Shown here one piece after another: positions 17,347 to 26,335 of a stretch of DNA of 64,000 nucleotides. Source of the DNA: Pseudomonadota bacterium (lineage in GTDB: Bacteria > Desulfobacterota > Desulfobulbia > Desulfobulbales > JAHJIY01); contig JAHJIY010000007.1 in assembly GCA_018823175.1 (NCBI GenBank), forward strand, positions 32,725 to 96,724, written 5' to 3'. The notes under the pieces were generated by a model, which had not been told where the DNA came from, ran no database searches, and was given only the letters and a program-made list of their open reading frames with translations. Position 1 is the stretch's first letter. Each line of letters begins with the position of its first letter. The translations under genes and the position numbers were made by a program.

Positions 17347-18591
17347 TTAAAAAGAAAGATAGGTGACGCTATTGACCGTTGCGCTGCTACCATGGTAATG
17401 GCAGCTGATACAGTCGGTATAGCCCCCACTCGGATGACAGATGATACAACTGGCCCCGCCCTGAATTGCGCTGTGGGAAGCCATCACCGTGCCGCCATCT
17501 CCGTGGCATCGTTCGCAAAGCGAGGCCATTTGTGTGCCCCCGGTATCAGGGGCGAGACCGGTGGCGGAAACCTGGCCGTTGTTTACTTCCTGTCTGATTA
17601 AGAAGACATTCGGTGAGCCGTGCGGCTCATGACAATCAGTACAGGCCAGGACGTAGGAGACGCCACTGGTGTAGGGCGCTATCAGTGTGGCGGAGAGGCT
17701 TGACGGCAGGCCATGCCGATCTTGTCCCCAATTGATTTTTATCAAGTTCCTGCTTAGTAGGGAGCTGTATATCGTATTTGTACTGTTGTGGCAGTCTATG
17801 CAAAAGGTGTTGAAGTCTGTAAGATTGGAACCATCCTCGACCGAGGTGCCATCCGGCTCAAAAACACCACCACCCCATCGCAGAAGGGCCTGATATGAAC
17901 TGGAGTAGCTGCTCATTCTTTCGCCGACGTCATCCCCCCATAAACCCCAAGGGGCGCTACCGTGCTGGCTTGGCAGGGAAAGCATCCAACCTCTTGCCAG
18001 GTCGTTTTTGGGGGTGAATCCGTCGTGGGTCGGATCACCCTGGACGGCATGGGGATCGTGACAGGCCACGCAGGGATTCGCCTTACTGGTATATTTCCAT
18101 GACGACTGGGCGCCGGCGCTGATAAAAGTTCTAATATCCGCCAGATTGTGCGAACTGGAGGAGGGGTAGGTCAAGGAGGTAGTAAAAGCAAAGGCCTCTG
18201 CAATATCATTGAGTGTGTCGGCAGTCCAGGCGCCGGCCCGATAACTATATGATCGATTCACGATGCCGCCGTCGGTCTGAACCGCAGCTACATCCGTGTG
18301 ACATTTCATACACGCCCCGTCGGTCTGACTGACATGATTATCGTAAAAAAGGAGGGCGGCCGATGGCCCATCGCTTGGAGCCGGCTCGCTTCCTTCGATG
18401 GAGGCGTGCTGTTCGTGGCAGTGCGCGCAATTGGCCCGCGCATAGCCTAAAGAGCTAATGCTTGAACGATTGACCCCATAGGTGGAATTACCATGCGCCG
18501 AGTCCAAGTAGATACCGGCCATCGCCTCGCCCGGCCGGCAAAGAAAAACTATGACTATAACACCAAAGAAGATCCAGAAGATATGCTTCAT
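17347..18591 (-). CDS. Secreted octaheme c-type cytochrome
   Basis: Signal peptide MKHIFWIFFGVIVIVFL. Eight CxxCH motifs: CAHCH, CMKCH, CVACH, CIDCH, CTDCH, CERCH, CIICH, CISCH. Confidence 0.85.
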   Translation of the reverse strand: MKHIFWIFFGVIVIVFLCRPGEAMAGIYLDSAHGNSTYGVNRSSISSLGYARANCAHCHEQHASIEGSEPAPSDGPSAALLFYDNHVSQTDGACMKCHTDVAAVQTDGGIVNRSYSYRAGAWTADTLNDIAEAFAFTTSLTYPSSSSHNLADIRTFISAGAQSSWKYTSKANPCVACHDPHAVQGDPTHDGFTPKNDLARGWMLSLPSQHGSAPWGLWGDDVGERMSSYSSSYQALLRWGGGVFEPDGTSVEDGSNLTDFNTFCIDCHNSTNTIYSSLLSRNLIKINWGQDRHGLPSSLSATLIAPYTSGVSYVLACTDCHEPHGSPNVFLIRQEVNNGQVSATGLAPDTGGTQMASLCERCHGDGGTVMASHSAIQGGASCIICHPSGGYTDCISCHYHGSSATVNSVTYLSF

Positions 18592-19160
18592 GCTTACCTT
18601 GTTTGTTTAATCTGAACTCATCTAATAACTGGCCTCGGGCCAGGGGATTTACGTTCAGAGAAGAGCAAAGTCCATGTGGTTGTGCGGCGGCCCGACTCAT
18701 CGCCTGATGGATCCATCATCTTGTTGTGCAAGATGTGAACATATTTTTTGGGCAGAGTGTCGTCTGATTTTTGAATAAAAAGAAATATTATTCATGAATA
18801 GTAGCTATTATTATGAAAACCAATTTAGTTGTCAAGTATAATATGACTGTATTTAGAGTAGGTTCCAGAATTATTTTTTTCAGCAACCCGGCCATGATCG
18901 TCAACAACCCTTATATTAAAAATGCAGTTTCTCCTCTTCCAGAGAAGGACCTCTCGCTTGACCCCTCGCCTTCTAGGACGCCAGGGATTCCGTGGTGATC
19001 TTAACCTCAAAACTGCAGTTTCATGATTATATCAATTATTAACGCCTTCTTAATACTTTCCAAACAATCATTGCTTATTATCAAGGAAGTGGACCCGGTT
19101 GATAGCAGTTCAACCCGGTCTGAGAGTCCGGTGGTTAATTCATCTATGGGGAGGATCATA

Positions 19161-19385
19161 ATGGATCAGGCGAAGCAACTCGATGATGAGAATCCTGCAT
19201 TGGAAAATGCGGCCAAGTACATCTGTAATCTCAAATGCGGTCTTTGTCCCATGGTGGTGGAGGGATTTCACTGTGAATTTGAGTGCAGTCTGGAAACGGC
19301 GCCATGGAAGTGCTGGAGGTATTACTTCAGGCAGATAGCGCTGAAGGATTCAAAAAAAGATGTATCAGGCAAGGAGGCGGGGTGA
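19161..19385 (+). CDS. Small Cys-rich hypothetical protein (74 aa)
   Basis: ATG 19161 preceded by GGGGAGG. Six Cys arranged CNLKCGLC-x9-CEFEC-x9-C. No family recognised. Confidence 0.4.
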   Translation: MDQAKQLDDENPALENAAKYICNLKCGLCPMVVEGFHCEFECSLETAPWKCWRYYFRQIALKDSKKDVSGKEAG

Positions 19386-19518
19386 AGAGATTGGCCAAGC
19401 TTAAGTCTTTTCGTTCGATAACAATAACTTTTTTTTTAGGCATTAGGTTTGCAGATACAGAAAGGTTGAGCAACAGGCATGACCGTAAAAAAGACCAAAC
19501 CAGAGAGAACATTTGGCA

Positions 19519-20250
19519 ATGCTAAACTCCCTTAAATCAGCCGGCTTTGCTGGAAATACCAGGGGCGATGGCTTCAGTCCGACATCGCAGACTGGGACGG
19601 TGCTGATCGCGGAAGACGAAGATGACATCAGGGAATTACTGGCATATCAACTCCGGAAGGAGGGATATTCGGCAATTCTGGCCGCAAACGGCAGAACAGC
19701 CTATGAAATGGCAGCAGAATATACTCCCGACCTGATCGTCCTTGATATTATGATGCCGGAAATTAACGGCATCGAGCTTTGTGAAATGATCCGAAAAGAC
19801 TCAGCCCTTGAAGAAATCCCGATTATCTTTGTGACGGCCAATACCGATGATGAAGTTCTGGCCCGGGCCTTTCAGGTCGGGGGAAATGATTATATTCGTA
19901 AGCCGTTCAATAAAATCGAATTGCTGACGAGAATTAGGGCTGTTCTGACCCACAAGGAGTTGATCGAAGCAAAAAGAGTAGAACAGAAATTGACCGGCGT
20001 TATGGAATTGGCCGGGGCCGTTGCCCATGAATTGGGGCAGCCTCTCCAGACTATTCTGACCTGTTCAGAATTGCTGGTTCTGGGAAGTGATCAAGGAGAG
20101 AGGACCCGGGAACTGGTGAAAATTATTTCCGAGCAGTGTCGAAGAATGGCTGATATCAGCAAAAAAGTTCGGAAAATCACCACCTACTCGACCAAAAAAT
20201 ATATCGGCAGCACCAACATAATCGATATCGATAAAGCTACTGCTGAATAA
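19519..20250 (+). CDS. Response regulator with C-terminal HisKA/DHp-like domain but no ATPase domain
   Basis: REC motifs VLIAEDEDDI, LIVLDIMMPEING, IRKPF. H-box-like AVAHELGQPLQTIL. The protein ends about 65 aa later with no N/G boxes. Confidence 0.75.
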   Translation: MLNSLKSAGFAGNTRGDGFSPTSQTGTVLIAEDEDDIRELLAYQLRKEGYSAILAANGRTAYEMAAEYTPDLIVLDIMMPEINGIELCEMIRKDSALEEIPIIFVTANTDDEVLARAFQVGGNDYIRKPFNKIELLTRIRAVLTHKELIEAKRVEQKLTGVMELAGAVAHELGQPLQTILTCSELLVLGSDQGERTRELVKIISEQCRRMADISKKVRKITTYSTKKYIGSTNIIDIDKATAE

Positions 20251-20366
20251 CCCTAAAATCCTGCGGCTAGAAGGCTTTATTGCTGCCGACCCGGACAAAA
20301 CATGGACCAGAAAGAGCTTTTGGCAATGCTAAACTCCATAAACCAGCCGCCTTTACCGGGAATTCC

Positions 20367-21506
20367 ATGAACGAGAGCCTTAATCCGACTAAGCAGGCGG
20401 GTACGGTGTTGATCGCGGAAGACGAAGATGACATCAGGGAATTACTGGCCTATCAACTCCGGAAGGAGGGATATTCGGCAATCCTGGCCGCCAACGGCAG
20501 AATAGCCTATGAAATGGTAGAAAGAAATAATCCAGACCTGATCATTCTCGATATTATGATGCCCGAGATGGACGGCTGGGAGGTGTGCCGGAGAATTCGT
20601 GGTCACCATAATCCTCTTGTTTCGACGGTACCCGTAATAATGCTGACGGCGTTAGGTGATCACCAGGATAAGCACCTGGGGCTTGATCTTGGGGCAGATG
20701 CCTTTGTCAGTAAAATGTGCCCGATCAAAGAAGTGCTTCTTTACTGCCGGAATTTTATAAGACTAAGGCACAATTACTTGGCGCTGCTTAAGCAAAAGGA
20801 CTACGACGCCAATATTCCTTTTAATGATATCCATCGACTTCTTATTCATGAGCTGAAAAACCATCTTTTCATTATCGGCGGGATGTCAAACTTATTAGCC
20901 AAAGCAAATGAATTGGCCGGGGAAGAGCGAAATTTAATCAATCATATTGCCAATAGTAGCGAATATCTGGGCATGATCGCCAACGACCTGAAAATGCTTG
21001 AGGAGATAAAAGATGATGGGCGCCATGTCCCTGCGACACGCTTCGATCTGAATGAATTAATAGAAAATGTTGTGGCGCTGCAAAGGTTATTTGCCGAAAA
21101 TCGGACAATTAATGTCCGTCGCCGCTTCTTTGCTGATCCCTGTCCGGTCCAGCTCAATAAAACGGTGGTGAAGATTGTCGTATCAATGATATTGGAAAAT
21201 GCCCTTAAGTATTGTCATCCCGGGGCGGAAGTACATATTTGCAGTCTGCGTGAAGACAACATGATTAAAATAAAAATTACAGATAATGGCCCTGGTATCG
21301 ATGCCTCAGAGCAGGAACTGATCTTTGAAAAAGAATATCGGGCTAAATCTGTAAGGCAAAAAATATCGGGTACCGGTTTAGGCCTCTATTTGGCCAAAAC
21401 ATTAACGAAAATGTTAGATGGTAAAATCACTGTTGAAAGCAATCCCGGTCAAGGGAGCACGTTCACAATCTCTTTTCGGGAACAGGCCACCTCTCATTCT
21501 CAATGA
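20367..21506 (+). CDS. Hybrid REC-histidine kinase (REC + HisKA + HATPase)
   Basis: REC nearly identical to the upstream paralog (VLIAEDEDDIRELLAYQLRKEGYSAILAANGR). H-box IHELKNHLFII, N-box LENALKY, G-boxes DNGPGI and GTGLGLYLAKTL. ATG 20367 is the first in-frame ATG in the ORF. Confidence 0.8.
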   Translation: MNESLNPTKQAGTVLIAEDEDDIRELLAYQLRKEGYSAILAANGRIAYEMVERNNPDLIILDIMMPEMDGWEVCRRIRGHHNPLVSTVPVIMLTALGDHQDKHLGLDLGADAFVSKMCPIKEVLLYCRNFIRLRHNYLALLKQKDYDANIPFNDIHRLLIHELKNHLFIIGGMSNLLAKANELAGEERNLINHIANSSEYLGMIANDLKMLEEIKDDGRHVPATRFDLNELIENVVALQRLFAENRTINVRRRFFADPCPVQLNKTVVKIVVSMILENALKYCHPGAEVHICSLREDNMIKIKITDNGPGIDASEQELIFEKEYRAKSVRQKISGTGLGLYLAKTLTKMLDGKITVESNPGQGSTFTISFREQATSHSQ

Positions 21507-21943
21507 AGGGCATAGTAACTATCTCTCCACAAAGCAATTCTTCAATAAATTGTTCAAGAAACTGTTCTCCCAAAAGTTTACCGACATAATCAACAAAATA
21601 TCGACAACTTCCCGGCGACTTATACCTACTGGCCTGTCTGGTCTTTATCTTATTAACCTTTCCTTCCATATAAATTCGATCTAATTACGAAACTGCTCTA
21701 TGGCGGTCCGAAGGCCGGACATTGGGACGCCCTGACATTTTTGCAAGGAATGGTCCCTTCGCGCCAAATCCATAGAGCCGACAACCGGGCAAAAAACGTA
21801 ATTTAACCGAAATTTAATAAGAACATAACCTTAACCAAACATAGCGTTGATAAGTTTGGATTCAACCTTGAGGGATATCGTTTCTCTCTGACCAACATAG
21901 GTGGATTGTTGATCTTTATTAATTTTCAATAGGAGAATTGAAG

Positions 21944-24061
21944 ATGGCTACTAAGAGTAGAACGGTCCTTATTGCATTGAATGCATTAATGGCGCTTTCT
22001 TTAACGGCATGCGGCGGTGGAGGTGGCGGCGGTAGTGCTGCCACCAACGACACGAACACAGGCACTACACTTTCAACATTGGCAGGAGATATTACGACAG
22101 ACACTACTCTCACTGCCGATACAGTATGGGAGCTTGATGGCCTGGTTGCGGTCAAAGGCGCGACCTTAACCATTGAACCAGGCACCACCATCATCGGCAA
22201 AAGCGGCACCGGCGCCAACACCAGTTACCTGGTGATCGACAAGGACGCCGACATCATAGCCGAAGGCACCGCAGCCGAACCGATCATCTTTACCTCTAAA
22301 ACTGCCTACGATGGCGGCGCCGAGGCCCCCGGCCAGTGGGGCGGTCTGACCATCATCGGCAATGCCGCCGATGTCGGCTCCGCCACACCCCAGGTTGAGC
22401 CCTATGAAGTAGACACCCAGTTTGTTGCCGGCACCACTGATGCGGCCGACAGCTCCGGTATTCTCAGATATGTCGAGATCCTTAACTCCGGGATCACCAT
22501 GGAGCAGGATAAGGAGATCAATGGCCTCTCCATGGTTGGCGTCGGCAGCGGCACCATCGTCGATCACGTAACGGTCAAAAGAAGCGACGACGACTGTATC
22601 GAGATCTGGGGCGGCACCGTCAATGTTTCTAACGCCACGGTCGAATACTGTACCGATGACCAGTTCGATATCGACGACGGCTACTCCGGCACCGTCACCA
22701 ACCTGACGATCAACCAGCATACCGACGGCAACGCCGGTATCGAGATGTCCGGCTCAACCGCCGCAACCTTCATCGGCCTGAACCTTACCCAGAATTACTC
22801 GGATAAGGAAGGTGCCATCTACTTCAAGAAGGACGGTATCGGTGGTCATTTTGAGAACTGCCAGATCATCGACAACGTCGATGACGGCCTGACCATCTAT
22901 TCGACCGGAAATGCCGATGAGGCCAATATCTCGTTTACCGACGTCACCTTATCCAGTCCCACTATTTCAACAAACTTCGTTGACGATCCCAATGGCGGCA
23001 GCGCCGCTGAGATCGAAGCAGCTTTCGATGCAGGTTTAGGAAATTCAGAAGCCTTGAGCGGGGCAGCTCTCCAAGTTTCAACCCTGGCAGGAGATATTAC
23101 GACAGACACTACCCTCACTGCCGATACAGTTTGGGAGCTTGACGGTCTGGTTGCGGTCAAAGGCGCGACCTTAACCATTGAACCAGGCACCACCATCATC
23201 GGCAAAAGCGGCACCGGCGCCAACACCAGTTACCTGGTGATCGACAAGGACGCCGACATCATAGCCGAAGGCACCGTAGCCGAACCGATCATCTTTACCT
23301 CTAAAACTGCCTACGATGGGGGCGCCGAGGCCCCCGGCCAGTGGGGTGGTCTGACCATCATCGGCAATGCCGCCGATGTCGGTTCCGCCACACCCCAGGT
23401 TGAGCCCTATGAAGTAGACACCCAGTTTGTTGCCGGCTCCACTGATGCGGCCGACAGCTCCGGTATTCTCAGATATGTCGAGATCCTTAACTCCGGGATC
23501 ACCATGGAGCAGGATAAGGAGATCAACGGTCTCTCTATGGTTGGCGTCGGCAGCGGCACTATCGTCGACCACGTAACGGTCAAAAGAAGCGATGACGACT
23601 GTATCGAGATCTGGGGCGGCACCGTCAATGTTTCTTATGCCACGGTCGAGTACTGCACCGATGACCAGTTCGATATCGACGACGGCTACTCCGGCACCGT
23701 CACCAACCTGACGATCAACCAGCATACCGACGGCAACGCCGGTATCGAGATGTCCGGCTCAACCGCCGCAACCTTCATCGGCCTGACCCTTACCCAGAAT
23801 TACTCGGATAAGGAAGGAGCCATCTACTTCAAGAAGGACGGTATTGGGGGTCATTTTGAGAATTGCCGGATCATCGACAACGTCGATGACGGTCAGACCA
23901 TCTATTCGACCGGTAATGCCGATGAAGCCAGGATCTCTTTTGCCAATGTGACCATTACCAGCCCGGATCCTTCGACGAATTTCGTTGACGACCCCAATGG
24001 CGGTACCGCCGCCGAGATCGAAACGGTATTCGATGCCGGAACCGGGAACAGCGAAAATTAG
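21944..24061 (+). CDS. Large lipoprotein made of two near-identical 335-aa modules (beta-helix-like, function unknown)
   Basis: RBS AGGAGA 7 nt before ATG 21944; lipobox LSLTAC followed by a Gly7 linker. Each module starts STLAGDITTDTTLTADTVWELDGLVAVKGATLTIEPGTTIIGK…PIIFTS, a pattern reminiscent of right-handed beta-helix proteins. Confidence 0.8.
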   Translation: MATKSRTVLIALNALMALSLTACGGGGGGGSAATNDTNTGTTLSTLAGDITTDTTLTADTVWELDGLVAVKGATLTIEPGTTIIGKSGTGANTSYLVIDKDADIIAEGTAAEPIIFTSKTAYDGGAEAPGQWGGLTIIGNAADVGSATPQVEPYEVDTQFVAGTTDAADSSGILRYVEILNSGITMEQDKEINGLSMVGVGSGTIVDHVTVKRSDDDCIEIWGGTVNVSNATVEYCTDDQFDIDDGYSGTVTNLTINQHTDGNAGIEMSGSTAATFIGLNLTQNYSDKEGAIYFKKDGIGGHFENCQIIDNVDDGLTIYSTGNADEANISFTDVTLSSPTISTNFVDDPNGGSAAEIEAAFDAGLGNSEALSGAALQVSTLAGDITTDTTLTADTVWELDGLVAVKGATLTIEPGTTIIGKSGTGANTSYLVIDKDADIIAEGTVAEPIIFTSKTAYDGGAEAPGQWGGLTIIGNAADVGSATPQVEPYEVDTQFVAGSTDAADSSGILRYVEILNSGITMEQDKEINGLSMVGVGSGTIVDHVTVKRSDDDCIEIWGGTVNVSYATVEYCTDDQFDIDDGYSGTVTNLTINQHTDGNAGIEMSGSTAATFIGLTLTQNYSDKEGAIYFKKDGIGGHFENCRIIDNVDDGQTIYSTGNADEARISFANVTITSPDPSTNFVDDPNGGTAAEIETVFDAGTGNSEN
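22070..24058 (+). repeat. In-frame tandem duplication, period 1005 bp (2 copies) inside the lipoprotein gene
   Basis: GGCAGGAGATATTACGACAGACACT occurs at 22081 and 23086, an offset of exactly 1005 bp. The copies are nearly identical over the first ~800 bp and more diverged in the last ~150 bp. Confidence 0.9.
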
Positions 24062-24113
24062 TGCTGTAAATCGCCAAGCCGTAAACAGACCAGTAATAAA
24101 TATCCAAACAGCT

Positions 24114-24142
24114 GGTTGTCGGTGGTCTCCCCACCGATAACC
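24114..24142 (+). other. Strong 12-bp stem-loop between lipoprotein gene and TonB2 genes
   Basis: GGTTGTCGGTGG (24114-24125) pairs with CCACCGATAACC (24131-24142) with one G-U pair. Loop TCTCC; no T-run follows. Confidence 0.5.
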
Positions 24143-24182
24143 GGCTAAGTATCTATAACAATGACGATTTTACGGAGAAAAG

Positions 24183-25004
24183 ATGTTTGCGAAATATCAA
24201 AACTTTGACCGATTGAAAGAAGTAGAGGATCGGATCGTAAGATTCTGCTTATTCTTGTTCTTCGGGCTATTGATCCTCCTCCCATCCGGTCCGGCCCGAG
24301 CAGGAACCGACGATGAGATGATCAGCTCGATCATGGCGTTGCGAAGCTCCATTGAAACTCTTTATTCCAGGGTTGATGTCAACCGGGAAAACTACAAGGC
24401 GGAAATGAAGTCGCTTTCCCTGCAGATAGCCGATGCCGAGGCCCAGATCAATCGCAAGAATACAGCGATCAAACTGGCTGAAGTCGAGTTGGGAAAGGTT
24501 AAGAATATAATCGCTGAGGCATCATCGAAGAGCATGGATCTGGCTCCGCTTCTTGACGAGGTCTTTTCCCTTCAGATAACAACCATTGAGGGAGGAATTC
24601 CCTTCAAGATTGCAGAACGGCGGGCCGCACTCGATGAAATCCGTTCCGATCTGCGGGAGAAACTTATCACCCCCGAGCGGGCCCTGGCTCTGCTATGGGC
24701 GTCTTTTGAAGACAATGTGCGATTGACCCGGGAAATCGGTCTTTTCAAACAAAAAATTGAGATCAATGGAACCGAAATGCTTGCTGATGTGGCTAAAATC
24801 GGGACCGTCATGCTCTTTTTCTCGACCCCGGATAAACTGGTCGGCCATGTGGTGCAAGACAAACACGGTTATACCTACCAAGTCATTAACCATAAACAGC
24901 AACAGGAAGAGATTGCCATGCTTTTTGATGCCTTGAACAAACAGATCAGAACCGGATATTTCACTCTGCCCAATGGGCTTGTCCTTCAGGGAGGCCGGTC
25001 ATGA
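24183..25004 (+). CDS. Periplasmic coiled-coil protein, TtpB/DUF3450-like
   Basis: Signal/TM segment, then long coiled-coil-like segments. Sits immediately upstream of, and overlapping (ATGA), the long MotA/ExbB gene, as in TonB2 clusters. Family assignment is by position and composition only. Confidence 0.55.
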   Translation: MFAKYQNFDRLKEVEDRIVRFCLFLFFGLLILLPSGPARAGTDDEMISSIMALRSSIETLYSRVDVNRENYKAEMKSLSLQIADAEAQINRKNTAIKLAEVELGKVKNIIAEASSKSMDLAPLLDEVFSLQITTIEGGIPFKIAERRAALDEIRSDLREKLITPERALALLWASFEDNVRLTREIGLFKQKIEINGTEMLADVAKIGTVMLFFSTPDKLVGHVVQDKHGYTYQVINHKQQQEEIAMLFDALNKQIRTGYFTLPNGLVLQGGRS

Positions 25005-26335
25005 AGCAGGGGGTCATCGTAATGTTCGCGCTATTGGCAATATTGCCGGGACTCTGGCCGGAAACGATTCGGGCCGACGAGTTGACCGAAACCTACCGCA
25101 AGGAATATGCCTTCCTGAAAGCTCAGAAGGATGAACTGACCGGACAGCTGGCTGCGGAAGAAAAACGGCAGAGTGAGGAACTTTCTCGGGTTAGGGAAAA
25201 GGTGACCCGTCTCCAGGATGAAACCGTCCTGCTTTCCGAACGATTGAATCGGATTGAGGGCGATACCGAAAAGGCCCGACGGGAACTGGGAGAGGCCACC
25301 GGTAACAAGGAGATCGTTGCCAATGTCGTCACTCAAGCCAAATCCGTTCTTGAAGGATACGGAATTTCCGTGGAAAATGAATCGGCATCCCTGGTCGACA
25401 ATATGTCCAGGGCATTCCGGAAGGCCGCCGATCTTTATGGAGATCTTTCGTCGTTGAAGGTCGAAAAGGGGAGCTTCTTTCTGCCGGACGGAAGCTCGGT
25501 ATCCGGCGAGATTGTCCGGATCGGCAATATAGCCGCATATGGAGTCTCTTCCAAGGCAGCCGGGGCGCTGGTCCCAGCCGGCAACGGCGCATTCAGGCTC
25601 TGGGATAAACCAGGCAGTGCAGATGATGCCCGGTCTTTTGTTGTCCGAAAACAACCGGGAAGTCTTGACATCTTTCTCTATGACAACCTCGATAGAGCAG
25701 TGGAGATCCACAAGGAAAAAACCCTGCAAGATATCATCAAGGGGGGTGGAATAATCGGTTACATCATCCTGGGACTCGGGGTATTCGGCATTCTGCTTCT
25801 TCTGGGGCGTTTTTTCTTTCTCTTGAAGGCCGGCAGTAATGTGACGGCGATCACCGGCATCGTTTACGAAAAGCTTGAAAATGGCAATGAAAATGAAGCC
25901 TACTCCGCGATCAAGCATTTCAAAGGCTCCATTGCCCGGGTGATTCGCGCTACCCTTCGGAACATCAACCGTGACCGTGAGCATATCGAAGACATCATCA
26001 CCGAAAATATCTTGAACGAAAACCGCTCCCTGGATCGCTTCGGCAACTTCATCCTGGTTATCGCCGCCGTGGCTCCCTTGTTGGGCTTGCTGGGGACCGT
26101 CACCGGGATGATCTCCACCTTTGACGTGATAACCGTCCACGGAACCGGAGACCCGAAACTTTTGAGCGGCGGTATCTCCGAGGCGCTGATCACCACCATG
26201 TTCGGTTTGCTGGTCGCCATTCCCCTCCTGCTCTTGGGCAATCTCTCCCGCGGCTGGGCGGAAAATATCAAGGATTCCATGGAACAGAGTGCCCTTCACG
26301 TGGTGAACCTTTTTGAAAAGTACAACGCCAAATGA
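25001..26335 (+). CDS. Long MotA/TolQ/ExbB-family proton channel protein (TtpC-like)
   Basis: N-terminal ~230-aa periplasmic coiled-coil extension, then three TM segments with the conserved LLGLLGTVTGMISTFDVI motif; 444 aa. Confidence 0.8.
   Translation: MKQGVIVMFALLAILPGLWPETIRADELTETYRKEYAFLKAQKDELTGQLAAEEKRQSEELSRVREKVTRLQDETVLLSERLNRIEGDTEKARRELGEATGNKEIVANVVTQAKSVLEGYGISVENESASLVDNMSRAFRKAADLYGDLSSLKVEKGSFFLPDGSSVSGEIVRIGNIAAYGVSSKAAGALVPAGNGAFRLWDKPGSADDARSFVVRKQPGSLDIFLYDNLDRAVEIHKEKTLQDIIKGGGIIGYIILGLGVFGILLLLGRFFFLLKAGSNVTAITGIVYEKLENGNENEAYSAIKHFKGSIARVIRATLRNINRDREHIEDIITENILNENRSLDRFGNFILVIAAVAPLLGLLGTVTGMISTFDVITVHGTGDPKLLSGGISEALITTMFGLLVAIPLLLLGNLSRGWAENIKDSMEQSALHVVNLFEKYNAK

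Noticed and set aside
18592-19160. Possible hidden gene or sRNA in the AT-rich region between the cytochrome operon and the Cys-rich ORF (ORFs 18813..18998 and 18825..19010)
   Set aside because: Both 61-aa ORFs overlap each other on opposite strands, lack an RBS and have odd composition. The region is better explained as a divergent regulatory or 5' UTR region.
21721-21746. Sigma54 promoter (TGGGAC…TTTTGCA) upstream of the lipoprotein operon
   Set aside because: The GG-to-GC spacing is about 19 nt rather than the required 12 nt register of TGGCAC-N5-TTGC.
21695-21778. Assignment of the structured region to a known riboswitch class (cobalamin, c-di-GMP/GEMM, guanidine-I/III, fluoride, Moco)
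   Set aside because: None of the conserved core sequences I remember for these classes is present (B12 box, GCAAA…GACGCAAAGC, GGUCCGAGAG…ACGGCGGGA, and so on). It is kept only as an unclassified candidate.
22070-24058. Diversity-generating retroelement (TR/VR pair) as an explanation for the two near-identical lipoprotein modules
   Set aside because: No reverse transcriptase gene is nearby. The repeat is 1005 bp, far longer than a TR/VR pair. The differences I read are not adenine-specific (A>T, T>C and C>T are all seen).
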